A program made the position numbers and the translations under genes. A DNA stretch of 54,249 bases, taken from the NCBI GenBank assembly GCA_002327315.1, contig DCVI01000197.1:30468-84716 (forward strand), given 5' to 3'. Positions 7,155-14,449 of this stretch are shown here, in pieces (position 1 is the stretch's first letter; the number at the start of each line of letters is the position of its first letter). The stretch comes from Syntrophaceae bacterium UBA2192. Its GTDB lineage: Bacteria > Desulfobacterota > Syntrophia > Syntrophales > UBA2192. Below the pieces are notes generated by a model, which had not been told where the DNA came from, searched no databases, and was given only the letters and a program-made list of their open reading frames with translations.

Positions 7155-8531
7155 TCAGAAGTGGCTCATCGGCCTCTTCCCGATCGGGTAGACGTTGAAT
7201 CCGATCTCGAAGAGGGCCTGGTGATCCAGGATGTTTCGGCCGTCGAAAACGAAGGCCGGCTTGACCATGAGATCGTGGATTTTCCTGTAGTCGAGCTCCC
7301 GGTAGAGGCTCCACTCCGTCATCACGGCAATGGCGTGGCAGCCGCGGATGGCCTCGTAGGGATCCGCCACGTAGGAAACGCCCCGCTCCAAGTCTGCGAG
7401 ATCCTCCCGGGCGCTCACGAGCGCCTGCGGGTCCGTGACGACGATCTCGGCGTGCTCCTCCAGGAGCCTGCGGGTTACGTCGATGGCCGGGCTCTCCCGC
7501 GTGTCGCCCGTGTCGGCCTTGAAGGCAAAGCCGAAGAGACAGATCTTTTTGCCCGCCAGCGTGTTGAACATGGCCGTAAGCATGTTCAGCACGAAACGTT
7601 CCTTCTGGTACTCGTTGATCCGCACGACCCTCTCGACGTAGTCCGCCACCTCCTCCAGCCCCTCGACGCGGCACAGGTAGACGAGGTTCAGGATGTCCTT
7701 CTTGAAGCAGGAGCCGCCGAAGCCGATGCTCGCATTGAGGAACTTGCTGCCGATGCGGCTGTCCATCCCCACGATCTTCGCCACTTCCGTAACATCGGCG
7801 CCCGTCTTCTCGCAGACAGCCGAGATGGCGTTGATCGTCGAGATGCGCTGGGCAAGGAAGAAATTGGAGGCAAGCTTCGAGAGCTCGCTGCTCCAGATGT
7901 TCGACGTGAGGATCCGCTCGCGGGAAACCCAGTTGGCATAGATCTGCACCAGCTCATCGCGGGCCTTCAGGCCCCTCTCCGTGGACCGCGAGCCGATGAG
8001 CACGCGGTCGGGGTTCATGAGATCCCGGATTGCCGTCCCCTCGGCGAGAAACTCGGGGTTCGAAAGGACATCGAAGTGGATCCCGTCGTTTCGCGACATG
8101 AGGATCCGCTCCATGGCCTGGGCCGTCTTGACGGGAAAGGTGCTCTTCTCGATGACGATCTTGGAGGACTCGGCGTGCTCGAGGATCTGCCGGGCCGCAA
8201 GCTCCCAGTACTGCAGATCCGCCGCAAGCCCCGCGCCGGCCCCGAAGGTCTTCGTGGGCGTGTTGACGGATACGAAGATGATGTCGTTCTCCCTGATGCC
8301 CCGGGCGATGTCGGTGGTGAAAAACAGGTTCCGTCCCAGGCCCTGGCGGACGACCTCATCGAGACCGGGCTCGTAGATAGGCGGCTTGCCGGAATTCCAT
8401 GCATCGACCCGGCCCTGGTCCACGTCGACGACGGTGACGCTGTAGCGGGGGCACTTCGAGGCGATCACGGCCATCGTCGGCCCGCCCACGTAGCCTGCCC
8501 CGATGCAGAGGATGCGCTTGTCGAAACTCAT
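7155..8531 (-). CDS. ugd: UDP-glucose 6-dehydrogenase (long, eukaryote-like type)
   Basis: MSFDKRILCIGAGYVGGPTMAVIASKCP (Rossmann fold), GFGGSCFKKDILNLVYLC (catalytic Cys region) and AFKADTGDTRESPA. The ORF extends to 8582, but the homologous N-terminus starts at the ATG at 8531. Confidence 0.85.
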   Translation of the reverse strand: MSFDKRILCIGAGYVGGPTMAVIASKCPRYSVTVVDVDQGRVDAWNSGKPPIYEPGLDEVVRQGLGRNLFFTTDIARGIRENDIIFVSVNTPTKTFGAGAGLAADLQYWELAARQILEHAESSKIVIEKSTFPVKTAQAMERILMSRNDGIHFDVLSNPEFLAEGTAIRDLMNPDRVLIGSRSTERGLKARDELVQIYANWVSRERILTSNIWSSELSKLASNFFLAQRISTINAISAVCEKTGADVTEVAKIVGMDSRIGSKFLNASIGFGGSCFKKDILNLVYLCRVEGLEEVADYVERVVRINEYQKERFVLNMLTAMFNTLAGKKICLFGFAFKADTGDTRESPAIDVTRRLLEEHAEIVVTDPQALVSAREDLADLERGVSYVADPYEAIRGCHAIAVMTEWSLYRELDYRKIHDLMVKPAFVFDGRNILDHQALFEIGFNVYPIGKRPMSHF

Positions 8532-8785
8532 AGGGTACCTGTCTTGTTTCATAAGGGGTTTTTCGACAGTCCTTCTTAGCATTAATCGGGCCAGATGATA
8601 AAGATTTTTGTCGGATGCCCCCGACAGACTGCGAAGTCAGGAAGTTGAGAAGTTTAAGAAATTGGGATAATTTGCCATTGGACGAAGTTTTCTTGACAGT
8701 AGGTGTAAAGGCGACCATCGAGTCATTGCTTCCTGAAGTCGAGATAATGTATGTGGGCGAGATATAGAAGATTACAATCACCAAT

Positions 8786-8828
8786 AGTAAAAATGAAAAA
8801 AGGCAGAGCCAAATGACTCTGCCTTTCA
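8786..8828 (-). terminator. Rho-independent terminator downstream of the PEP-CTERM gene
   Basis: The stem AAAGGCAGAG (8799-8808) pairs with CTCTGCCTTT (8817-8826) across an 8-nt loop. On the minus strand it is followed by a U-rich run (the complement of aaaaatgaaaaaa, 8788-8800). Confidence 0.55.
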
Positions 8829-8852
8829 TTGTTTCTGTATTGTCGATGGATC

Positions 8853-9431
8853 TTACTTCCTAAATTTCCGAACCCCAGCAACACCCATAAGACCGAGGCC
8901 AAGAAGAAGCAGGGTATAAGGTTCGGGAACCGGAGTACCCTCCCCCTGACCACCCTCACCGACATGGCTGACTGCGCCAACGTTTCTGATGAAGTAAAGT
9001 TGGACGTCCTCTTCACTGTAATAAGAAAGATAGAAGGCGGCCCAATGCATGTCAACTACATTTGCGAACATGATGTGATCAGGCGCAGCCGATTCACCAG
9101 GGGTGCCTTCATTAATCACGTCATTGCCGGTCCCGATTTTGAGGAAGTAATAAAGCGGAGCGTTTTGCAACTCGAATGCCCCAATACCATTTTCGGAGTA
9201 CATAACGTACTCAGATTTATCAAACACTGTGTAATCATCCAGGGTGGCACTCGGGAAAAACGTCTTAACCCACGCAAGTTCGGTAGCCTCACCGCTATTC
9301 CCAAGTACTGCAGCACCTACAAAAGTGTCTACTGACCCTACTTCATTACCCTCGACGAGCAAGGCCGAAACCGTGCCGGAGGTAAAAAGAAGGATGCTCA
9401 TCACAGATAAGAGCACAATTAGCTTTTTCAT
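8853..9431 (-). CDS. PEP-CTERM sorting-domain protein (secreted, exosortase substrate type)
   Basis: N-terminal signal peptide MKKLIVLLSVMSILLFTSGTVSA. The C-terminus is VPEPYTLLLLGLGLMGVAGVRKFRK, that is a PEP motif, a TM helix and a basic tail. AGAGGTG lies 4 nt upstream of the ATG. Confidence 0.8.
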   Translation of the reverse strand: MKKLIVLLSVMSILLFTSGTVSALLVEGNEVGSVDTFVGAAVLGNSGEATELAWVKTFFPSATLDDYTVFDKSEYVMYSENGIGAFELQNAPLYYFLKIGTGNDVINEGTPGESAAPDHIMFANVVDMHWAAFYLSYYSEEDVQLYFIRNVGAVSHVGEGGQGEGTPVPEPYTLLLLGLGLMGVAGVRKFRK

Positions 9432-9834
9432 TTTACACCTCTGCTCTTTATTATTTTGTCTTAGTTAACAGCAAGATCGATGCCGATAAAATATAATATT
9501 CCCAGGTAGTTGATAATAAAGGACAATATTTACAAGTAGGACTTTATGCTTACTTTTTTTTACTGCGAAAACTGTAACATATTCCGACGGTCATCGCCCT
9601 CTGTCTTGCCTCCTTTTTATGTAACCAACTGTAATAATGAGCTAATTAGCGATATGCCAATTTGTAAAGAAAACCAACAAATTATTTAGTCTTTGCCTAT
9701 TAATGAATTGTTGTAAGTACGTGCTTATCTTAACTAAGGTATTTTGAACTGAAAAATCAGGTTTTCGCTCTAAAAAGGAGGTGCATGATGAAATATTCAG
9801 ACCGCTGATTCATTCAACGGCCATTTTTAGTGAA

Positions 9835-9943
9835 TTACCCCGCCTACGAGGCGGGGCATCTTGAAAGGCAATGAGGGGGATTGCATCCCCCATGCCCCCG
9901 CACCGCATTCATCCCCGTCCACAGGACGGGGTATTCTGCGGGG
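9835..9943. repeat. GC-rich nested-hairpin element inserted in an AT-rich intergenic region
   Basis: Stems: CCCCGCC/GGCGGGG (9838-9856), GGGGGA/TCCCCC (9875-9891), CCCCGTCC/GGACGGGG (9913-9931) and an enclosing CCCCGCA/TGCGGGG (9896-9943). It opens with TTACCCCGC, like the hairpin at 1020-1042. Confidence 0.7.
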
Positions 9944-10106
9944 CATTCATAAAAATCCCCTTACAGAAGCGAAATTTTATTGTAAAAAATCTTTATATTT
10001 GTGAGATAGGTTCAAAAGACGGTTTTTTTTAGTATACGGAGGTGATCAGTTAAAGAAAAGAGGGGTTAGGCACGATGGCAATATAAAAACGAAAGGAGAG
10101 ACCGGT

Positions 10107-11210
10107 ATGAAAACGAAGTGGTTTGTAATTGTGGCGATCCTTGTTTTATGTGGTTTAGGGGGTAACGGGGCATGGGCTGATACTGCATATTACTCCGATA
10201 GTGCGTTTATCTACCCCGGATACGGTGTTCTCGGTGTTACATATAGTGGCGCAGATGTCGGACCCGCTATTTTTGGACAAGCTACGGCAGGCTCTGGCAA
10301 TGTCTTCGGAGGTCAGTTTGAGAGCAACAGCCCATCTGGCAGAGGGGTATTTGGCAATGCTAAAGCGATAACGGGGCTGACCTATGGGGGGTATTTCTAC
10401 AACATCAGCACCTCAGGGATAGGCGTATTTGGCTGGTCTGCGGCGTCCTCCGGGGTTAACTATGGTGGTCTTTTCCAAAACTCAAGCACCGCGGGATATG
10501 GGGTATATGGCTATGCTTCGTCACCCACCGGCTACAACTACGGCGGTTACTTCCGAACAGACAGCCCTGACGGCAAGGCGTTACTGGGCTGGGCTTCGGC
10601 AACCTCCGGCCCTGCGACAGGTGGATTCTTTCAGAGCGCTAGCGCAACCGGTGGCATTGGGATCTGGGGCTATGTTTCATCGGAAACGGGGCTGAACTAT
10701 GGCGTCTACGGGCAAACGAGAAGTCCAAACGGCTACGGCATCTATTCACAGGGGAATATGAGGGTTGATGGCACATTAACCGTAACGGGGGCAAAGTCTG
10801 CGGTGGTGCCGATCAAGAATGGAAAGAAAGTTGCCCTGTACGCCGTGGAGTCCTCCGAGAACTGGTTTGAGGACTTCGGCGACTCCAAACTCAAAGGGGG
10901 AAAGACGCAAGTTACCATTGATCCCACCTTCGCAGAGACGGTCAATACCGGGATGAGGTATCATGTGTTTTTGACCCCCAGAGCTGACTGCAAGGGACTC
11001 TATGTGACCAATGAGACAGGCACCTCCTTTGAGGTCAGGGAACTCAACGGCGGCAACTCCGACATTGAGTTCAGCTATCGCATTGTGGCCAAGAGGAAGG
11101 GGTTTGAGGGTCAGAGACTCGCTGAGGTAAAGGACGATACACCTGTGGCAGTAAAAGTGGAACACCCACAACCGGAGGCTTCCCTGGAGATGGCTTCTCA
11201 TGAGAAATGA
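10107..11210 (+). CDS. Secreted Gly/Tyr-rich repeat protein (probable beta-helix/fibre-like) with a globular C-terminal domain
   Basis: Strong SD AAGGAGAG 6 nt upstream. Signal peptide ending GAWA|DT. About 5.5 copies of a 26-aa unit (SxxGxGVxGxAxxxxGxNYGGxFxxx) span residues 75-216. The C-terminal domain begins GNMRVDGTLTVTGAKSAVVP. Confidence 0.75.
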   Translation: MKTKWFVIVAILVLCGLGGNGAWADTAYYSDSAFIYPGYGVLGVTYSGADVGPAIFGQATAGSGNVFGGQFESNSPSGRGVFGNAKAITGLTYGGYFYNISTSGIGVFGWSAASSGVNYGGLFQNSSTAGYGVYGYASSPTGYNYGGYFRTDSPDGKALLGWASATSGPATGGFFQSASATGGIGIWGYVSSETGLNYGVYGQTRSPNGYGIYSQGNMRVDGTLTVTGAKSAVVPIKNGKKVALYAVESSENWFEDFGDSKLKGGKTQVTIDPTFAETVNTGMRYHVFLTPRADCKGLYVTNETGTSFEVRELNGGNSDIEFSYRIVAKRKGFEGQRLAEVKDDTPVAVKVEHPQPEASLEMASHEK

Positions 11211-11713
11211 TAGACGCACGAAGGCCTGGGAAACTCATGAAAAACTTTAAGCTTATTGCAATTGCTGTAGTAGTCGTTCTCTGCGTTATGTCTCTTGTGA
11301 TGTGGAGGATGATCGATAAGCCCACAGTCCAACGGGGACAAGACATAGCCCAAACGAGACACGGGGGAAATTCATCGTTTCCGATGACGGAGACGAAACA
11401 GGAGCCTCGTGACCAGGCCTCTTTTTTCATCCCTCTAGCACCTCGAGAGGAGAAGGAGAAGTATCCTGAAAAAGTAACGGAGGCGGTTCTGGTTGGCAAA
11501 GACAAGACGGCCTCTCGAGAGCAGCTAGAAGGCGGCATGACCACGCTGAGGGATGAAGCAAGAAAGTATCGTGAGAACGGAAGAGTGCAAGAGGCGATGG
11601 ACTTGGAGACAAGGGCGATGGAGTTAGAGGCCAAGAGGATGACCTTGGAGGCCAGGGAGATGGATTCGCGAATGCGGGCTATGGACAAGGAACGCACACC
11701 TCAGAAGCCGTAG
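11207..11713 (+). CDS. Membrane-anchored coiled-coil protein, function unknown
   Basis: Its ATG overlaps the upstream stop codon (ATGA at 11207-11210). It has one TM helix (FKLIAIAVVVVLCVMSLVMW) and a charged heptad-like tail (EAMDLETRAMELEAKRMTLEAREMDSRMRAMDKE). An alternative start is the ATG at 11237. Confidence 0.55.
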   Translation: MIDARRPGKLMKNFKLIAIAVVVVLCVMSLVMWRMIDKPTVQRGQDIAQTRHGGNSSFPMTETKQEPRDQASFFIPLAPREEKEKYPEKVTEAVLVGKDKTASREQLEGGMTTLRDEARKYRENGRVQEAMDLETRAMELEAKRMTLEAREMDSRMRAMDKERTPQKP

Positions 11714-11734
11714 AGTCACAAGAATCACCAACAA

Positions 11735-11773
11735 GGGGCAGGGTCAGAAAACGACTCTGCCCTTATTCATTTC
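11735..11773 (+). terminator. Rho-independent terminator ending the AT-rich module
   Basis: GGCAGGGTC (11737-11745) pairs with GACTCTGCC (11753-11761), including one G-U pair, across a 7-nt loop. The tail is TTATTCATTT. Confidence 0.5.
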
Positions 11774-12270
11774 AACTGCAAATCTTCAATCAGCATCATC
11801 CCGATGGGACAAGGACTTGTAGGTGAAGTCAATAATCAAGGCAGGACTTGTTTTGACAGTGTCTGTAAAGTTAAGTATGGGTCGGGACAGATAATTTCCC
11901 AGGCACTCGCATGTTGTCTGTTTCTCCAATCTTCTCAACTTCAAAGCTTCTCAACTTCTTCTTTCAGTGGGCCGTCCCGGGCTGCGGGTACGCCACGGCT
12001 CCCGCACCGGCATTGAACAGGGGTCTCCGGAGCAGTAATCATCGATAAAATCCGACACGTTACAAATTTTTCAACGTGTTCATCCAATGCACCTCTGGAG
12101 ACGTTTTCTCTTGACTTATACCCCCTCGGTGGGCTACCGTTCAACATAGTCAAATCCAGTATTTACAGCCCCTTCGGACACCCGTAGGGGCTGAATCCAA
12201 TATGGCGAACGGTTTATTATCATCGATCATGTAATCGACAGAGCGGAGCTTTGTAAAAAATTCACATAGG

Positions 12271-13452
12271 ATGCCATTCATGGAATTTATCGACCTTGCA
12301 TTCCAGCAAAAACGTATCCGGGGTAAAATCGGCGAGCACATCGAAGCCGTATTGAATCACGGGCAATATATCATGGGCCCCGAGGTAGCTGCCCTCGAGA
12401 AGGAACTCGGCCAGTACGTCGGTACCAAACATGCCATTTCCTGCGCTTCCGGTACGGATGCTCTGCTCATTGCACTGATGGCCCGTGGCATCGGTCCGGG
12501 GGATGCCGTCTTGACCACTCCGTTCACGTTCATTGCCACAGCGGAGGTCATCAGCCTCCTTGGCGCTACTCCCGTCTATGTCGACATCGAGAGGAAGACA
12601 TACAACATTGACCCGGTTCAACTCGACCGATGCCTCTCCGCACTCCGAAGCGGGGATACCAGCATGTACCCATTGCCGCGCCTTGCAGAGCAAAGGGAAG
12701 TCACGCCGAAGGCGATTATCGCTGTTGACCTCTTCGGTTTGCCTGCGGACTACTCCCGTCTCGATGAGATTGCACAGCGGAACGGGCTTTTCCTTATCGA
12801 GGATGCCGCTCAGTCCTTCGGGGCTGAGTTGAACGGCAGAAAGGCCTGCACATTCGGGGATGTCGCCTGCACATCCTTTTTCCCCGCAAAGCCCCTTGGC
12901 TGCTACGGTGACGGGGGAATGTGCTTCAGTTCGGACGACAGCCTGGCGGAGATCATGCGCTCTATCCGTCTTCATGGAAAGGGCTCTCACAAGTATGAAA
13001 ACATCCGGATCGGCATCAACGGGCGGCTGGATACTCTCCAAGCGGCCATTCTCCTGGCGAAATTCAGCCTCTTCGAAGAGGAGGTCAGGCTGCGTCAGGC
13101 AGTGGCAGGCCGTTATACAGAGTTTCTGCGCTCCTGCCCTAGCCTCGTTACACCCGATGTCCCGACCGGCTACCAGAGCGTGTGGGCCCAGTATTCGCTC
13201 TTGGCACGAGGCGAAGCGCATCGGGACAGCATCATGAAAATTATGCAGGGAAAGGGAATCCCGACGGTCATTTACTACCCCAGGCCGCTTCATCTCCAGA
13301 GTGCCTTCTCTTCTCTGGGCTATCGAGAAGGGGATTTCCCTGTGAGCGAGGATTGCGCAAGGCGCATCTTCAGCCTTCCCATGCATCCCTATCTCACGGA
13401 GGGTGATCAGGACCGGATCGTGTCGGCGTTGCTCGAAGCCGCGGTGGCCTGA
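12271..13452 (+). CDS. DegT/DnrJ/EryC1 aminotransferase, WbpE/WlbC-like (UDP-2-acetamido-3-keto-uronate aminotransferase type)
   Basis: MEFIDLAFQQKRIRGKIGEHIEAVLNHGQYIMGPEVAALEKELGQYVGTKHAISCASGTDALLIAL closely follows the WbpE N-terminal pattern as I remember it. An alternative start is the ATG at 12280, with AGGA 9 nt upstream. Confidence 0.85.
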   Translation: MPFMEFIDLAFQQKRIRGKIGEHIEAVLNHGQYIMGPEVAALEKELGQYVGTKHAISCASGTDALLIALMARGIGPGDAVLTTPFTFIATAEVISLLGATPVYVDIERKTYNIDPVQLDRCLSALRSGDTSMYPLPRLAEQREVTPKAIIAVDLFGLPADYSRLDEIAQRNGLFLIEDAAQSFGAELNGRKACTFGDVACTSFFPAKPLGCYGDGGMCFSSDDSLAEIMRSIRLHGKGSHKYENIRIGINGRLDTLQAAILLAKFSLFEEEVRLRQAVAGRYTEFLRSCPSLVTPDVPTGYQSVWAQYSLLARGEAHRDSIMKIMQGKGIPTVIYYPRPLHLQSAFSSLGYREGDFPVSEDCARRIFSLPMHPYLTEGDQDRIVSALLEAAVA

Positions 13453-13502
13453 CATTTAAGCGAGCCCGCAAAGTGACTGTCAATAATTCATAAGAGGATG
13501 AT

Positions 13503-14354
13503 ATGGCGAATCAAGAAGAAAAATACGTGGCTGATTCCAAGGTTGGTAATTTCGATACCATCCGGGATGATGAAATAAATCTTTCCGACATGTCGAAAGT
13601 TCTTGCAAAAAGAAAAAAAGGCATCATTGCAATATTCCTGATATCTATTCTAGCTGCTGCGATTTATTGCTTCACTGCTTCTCCAATTTACCGACTGGAA
13701 ACACATGTCAAAATATATATGCCAAAAGATCTTATAACGATCAAAGAATTGCCGAGTGCGAAAGATATCGTTTCCATGATCGGAAGAATTAATCATGAAA
13801 AAAAGGTAATCATATTCTCGAAAACAGCAGATGGGGTAACCGAAGCGAAAATTGAGGATATGAGAGGAACAACAGACAAATTTAAAATAATCATCGAATC
13901 GTACAATCGTGAAGATCTGCCTGCATCTCTGCAGGAGTTGCTCGAATATATAGAAAATATGCGGGAAATAAAGAATGATTATAGAAAAATCATATCAGAA
14001 ATCGATGAAAAAATTAAAATTGTAAATGAAGCAGTCAAAAAAAACGATTTCCAAATCAAGGAAATAGAAAAAAGATTGAATAGCTCAAAATTGCTCCCTG
14101 TAGGTTTCAATCCGGTTGAGATTAATAATAAAATTGTAGATTTGAAAATGGAGAAACATCGTCTCGAACAGGAGCGTCAAAATTTTAAGCTGATTCAACT
14201 TTTGCAAGATCCTTTTGTTTCAAAAGATCCAGTAAAGCCGCAAAAAGCAATTATTATGATCATTGCAGGAATATTGAGTTTCATGTTTGGAGTAGTCACT
14301 GTATTCATCGCGGAATATTTAGTAGGAGTGAAAACAAATAAACATCATGAATGA
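13503..14354 (+). CDS. Wzz-like polysaccharide co-polymerase (chain-length determinant)
   Basis: DDEINLSDMSKVLAKRKKGIIAIFLISILAAAIYCF (Wzz N-terminal motif plus TM1), a long charged coiled-coil middle section, the proline motif DPFVSKDPVKPQK, and TM2 (AIIMIIAGILSFMFGVVTVFIA). The gene is very AT-rich. Confidence 0.7.
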   Translation: MANQEEKYVADSKVGNFDTIRDDEINLSDMSKVLAKRKKGIIAIFLISILAAAIYCFTASPIYRLETHVKIYMPKDLITIKELPSAKDIVSMIGRINHEKKVIIFSKTADGVTEAKIEDMRGTTDKFKIIIESYNREDLPASLQELLEYIENMREIKNDYRKIISEIDEKIKIVNEAVKKNDFQIKEIEKRLNSSKLLPVGFNPVEINNKIVDLKMEKHRLEQERQNFKLIQLLQDPFVSKDPVKPQKAIIMIIAGILSFMFGVVTVFIAEYLVGVKTNKHHE

Positions 14355-14449
14355 CTTAAGGTTCTGCACTTACATCATGCTGCTTAGCGTACTCTTCTAA
14401 TACGCTTCCAACCAAGCCTTGGCTCAAGACTTTTCCAAAGGATACTCGC

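Noticed and set aside
7161-8579. A 472-aa plus-strand ORF that covers the whole ugd region.
   Set aside because: It is an exact antisense shadow of UDP-glucose 6-dehydrogenase, whose motifs are unambiguous on the minus strand. The shadow protein has no motifs and biased composition.
8356-8829. A 157-aa minus-strand ORF with a hydrophobic N-terminus (VIWLCLFSFLLLVIVIFYI) in the AT-rich gap upstream of ugd. It could be a small membrane protein.
   Set aside because: More than a third of it overlaps the ugd N-terminal coding region in another frame. The remaining sequence is low-complexity and AT-driven. There is no SD, and the PEP-CTERM gene terminator hairpin (8799-8826) lies inside it. I cannot support it as a gene.
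11774-12270. A search for a JUMPStart/ops element (GGCGGTAG) or a clear sigma70 promoter ahead of the long plus-strand cluster. I noted TTGACA-17-TATGGG at about 11853-11881 and the hairpin CAGCCCCT/AGGGGCTG at about 12167-12193.
   Set aside because: No ops 8-mer is present on either strand in this gap. The -10 candidate is weak, and the hairpin has an 11-nt loop and no U-tract. I am not confident enough to annotate any of them.
12262-13455. A 397-aa minus-strand ORF opposite the WbpE-like aminotransferase. Similar cases are 3665..4888(+), 3103..3822(+), 1952..2626(+), 5278..5829(-), 5956..6582(-), 40895..41743(-), 42798..43712(-), 48220..48969(-), 49847..50545(-) and 52970..54100(-).
   Set aside because: All are antisense or out-of-frame overlaps of genes with clear family signatures. 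They have low-complexity Arg/Pro/Gly-rich translations and no start-site signals.
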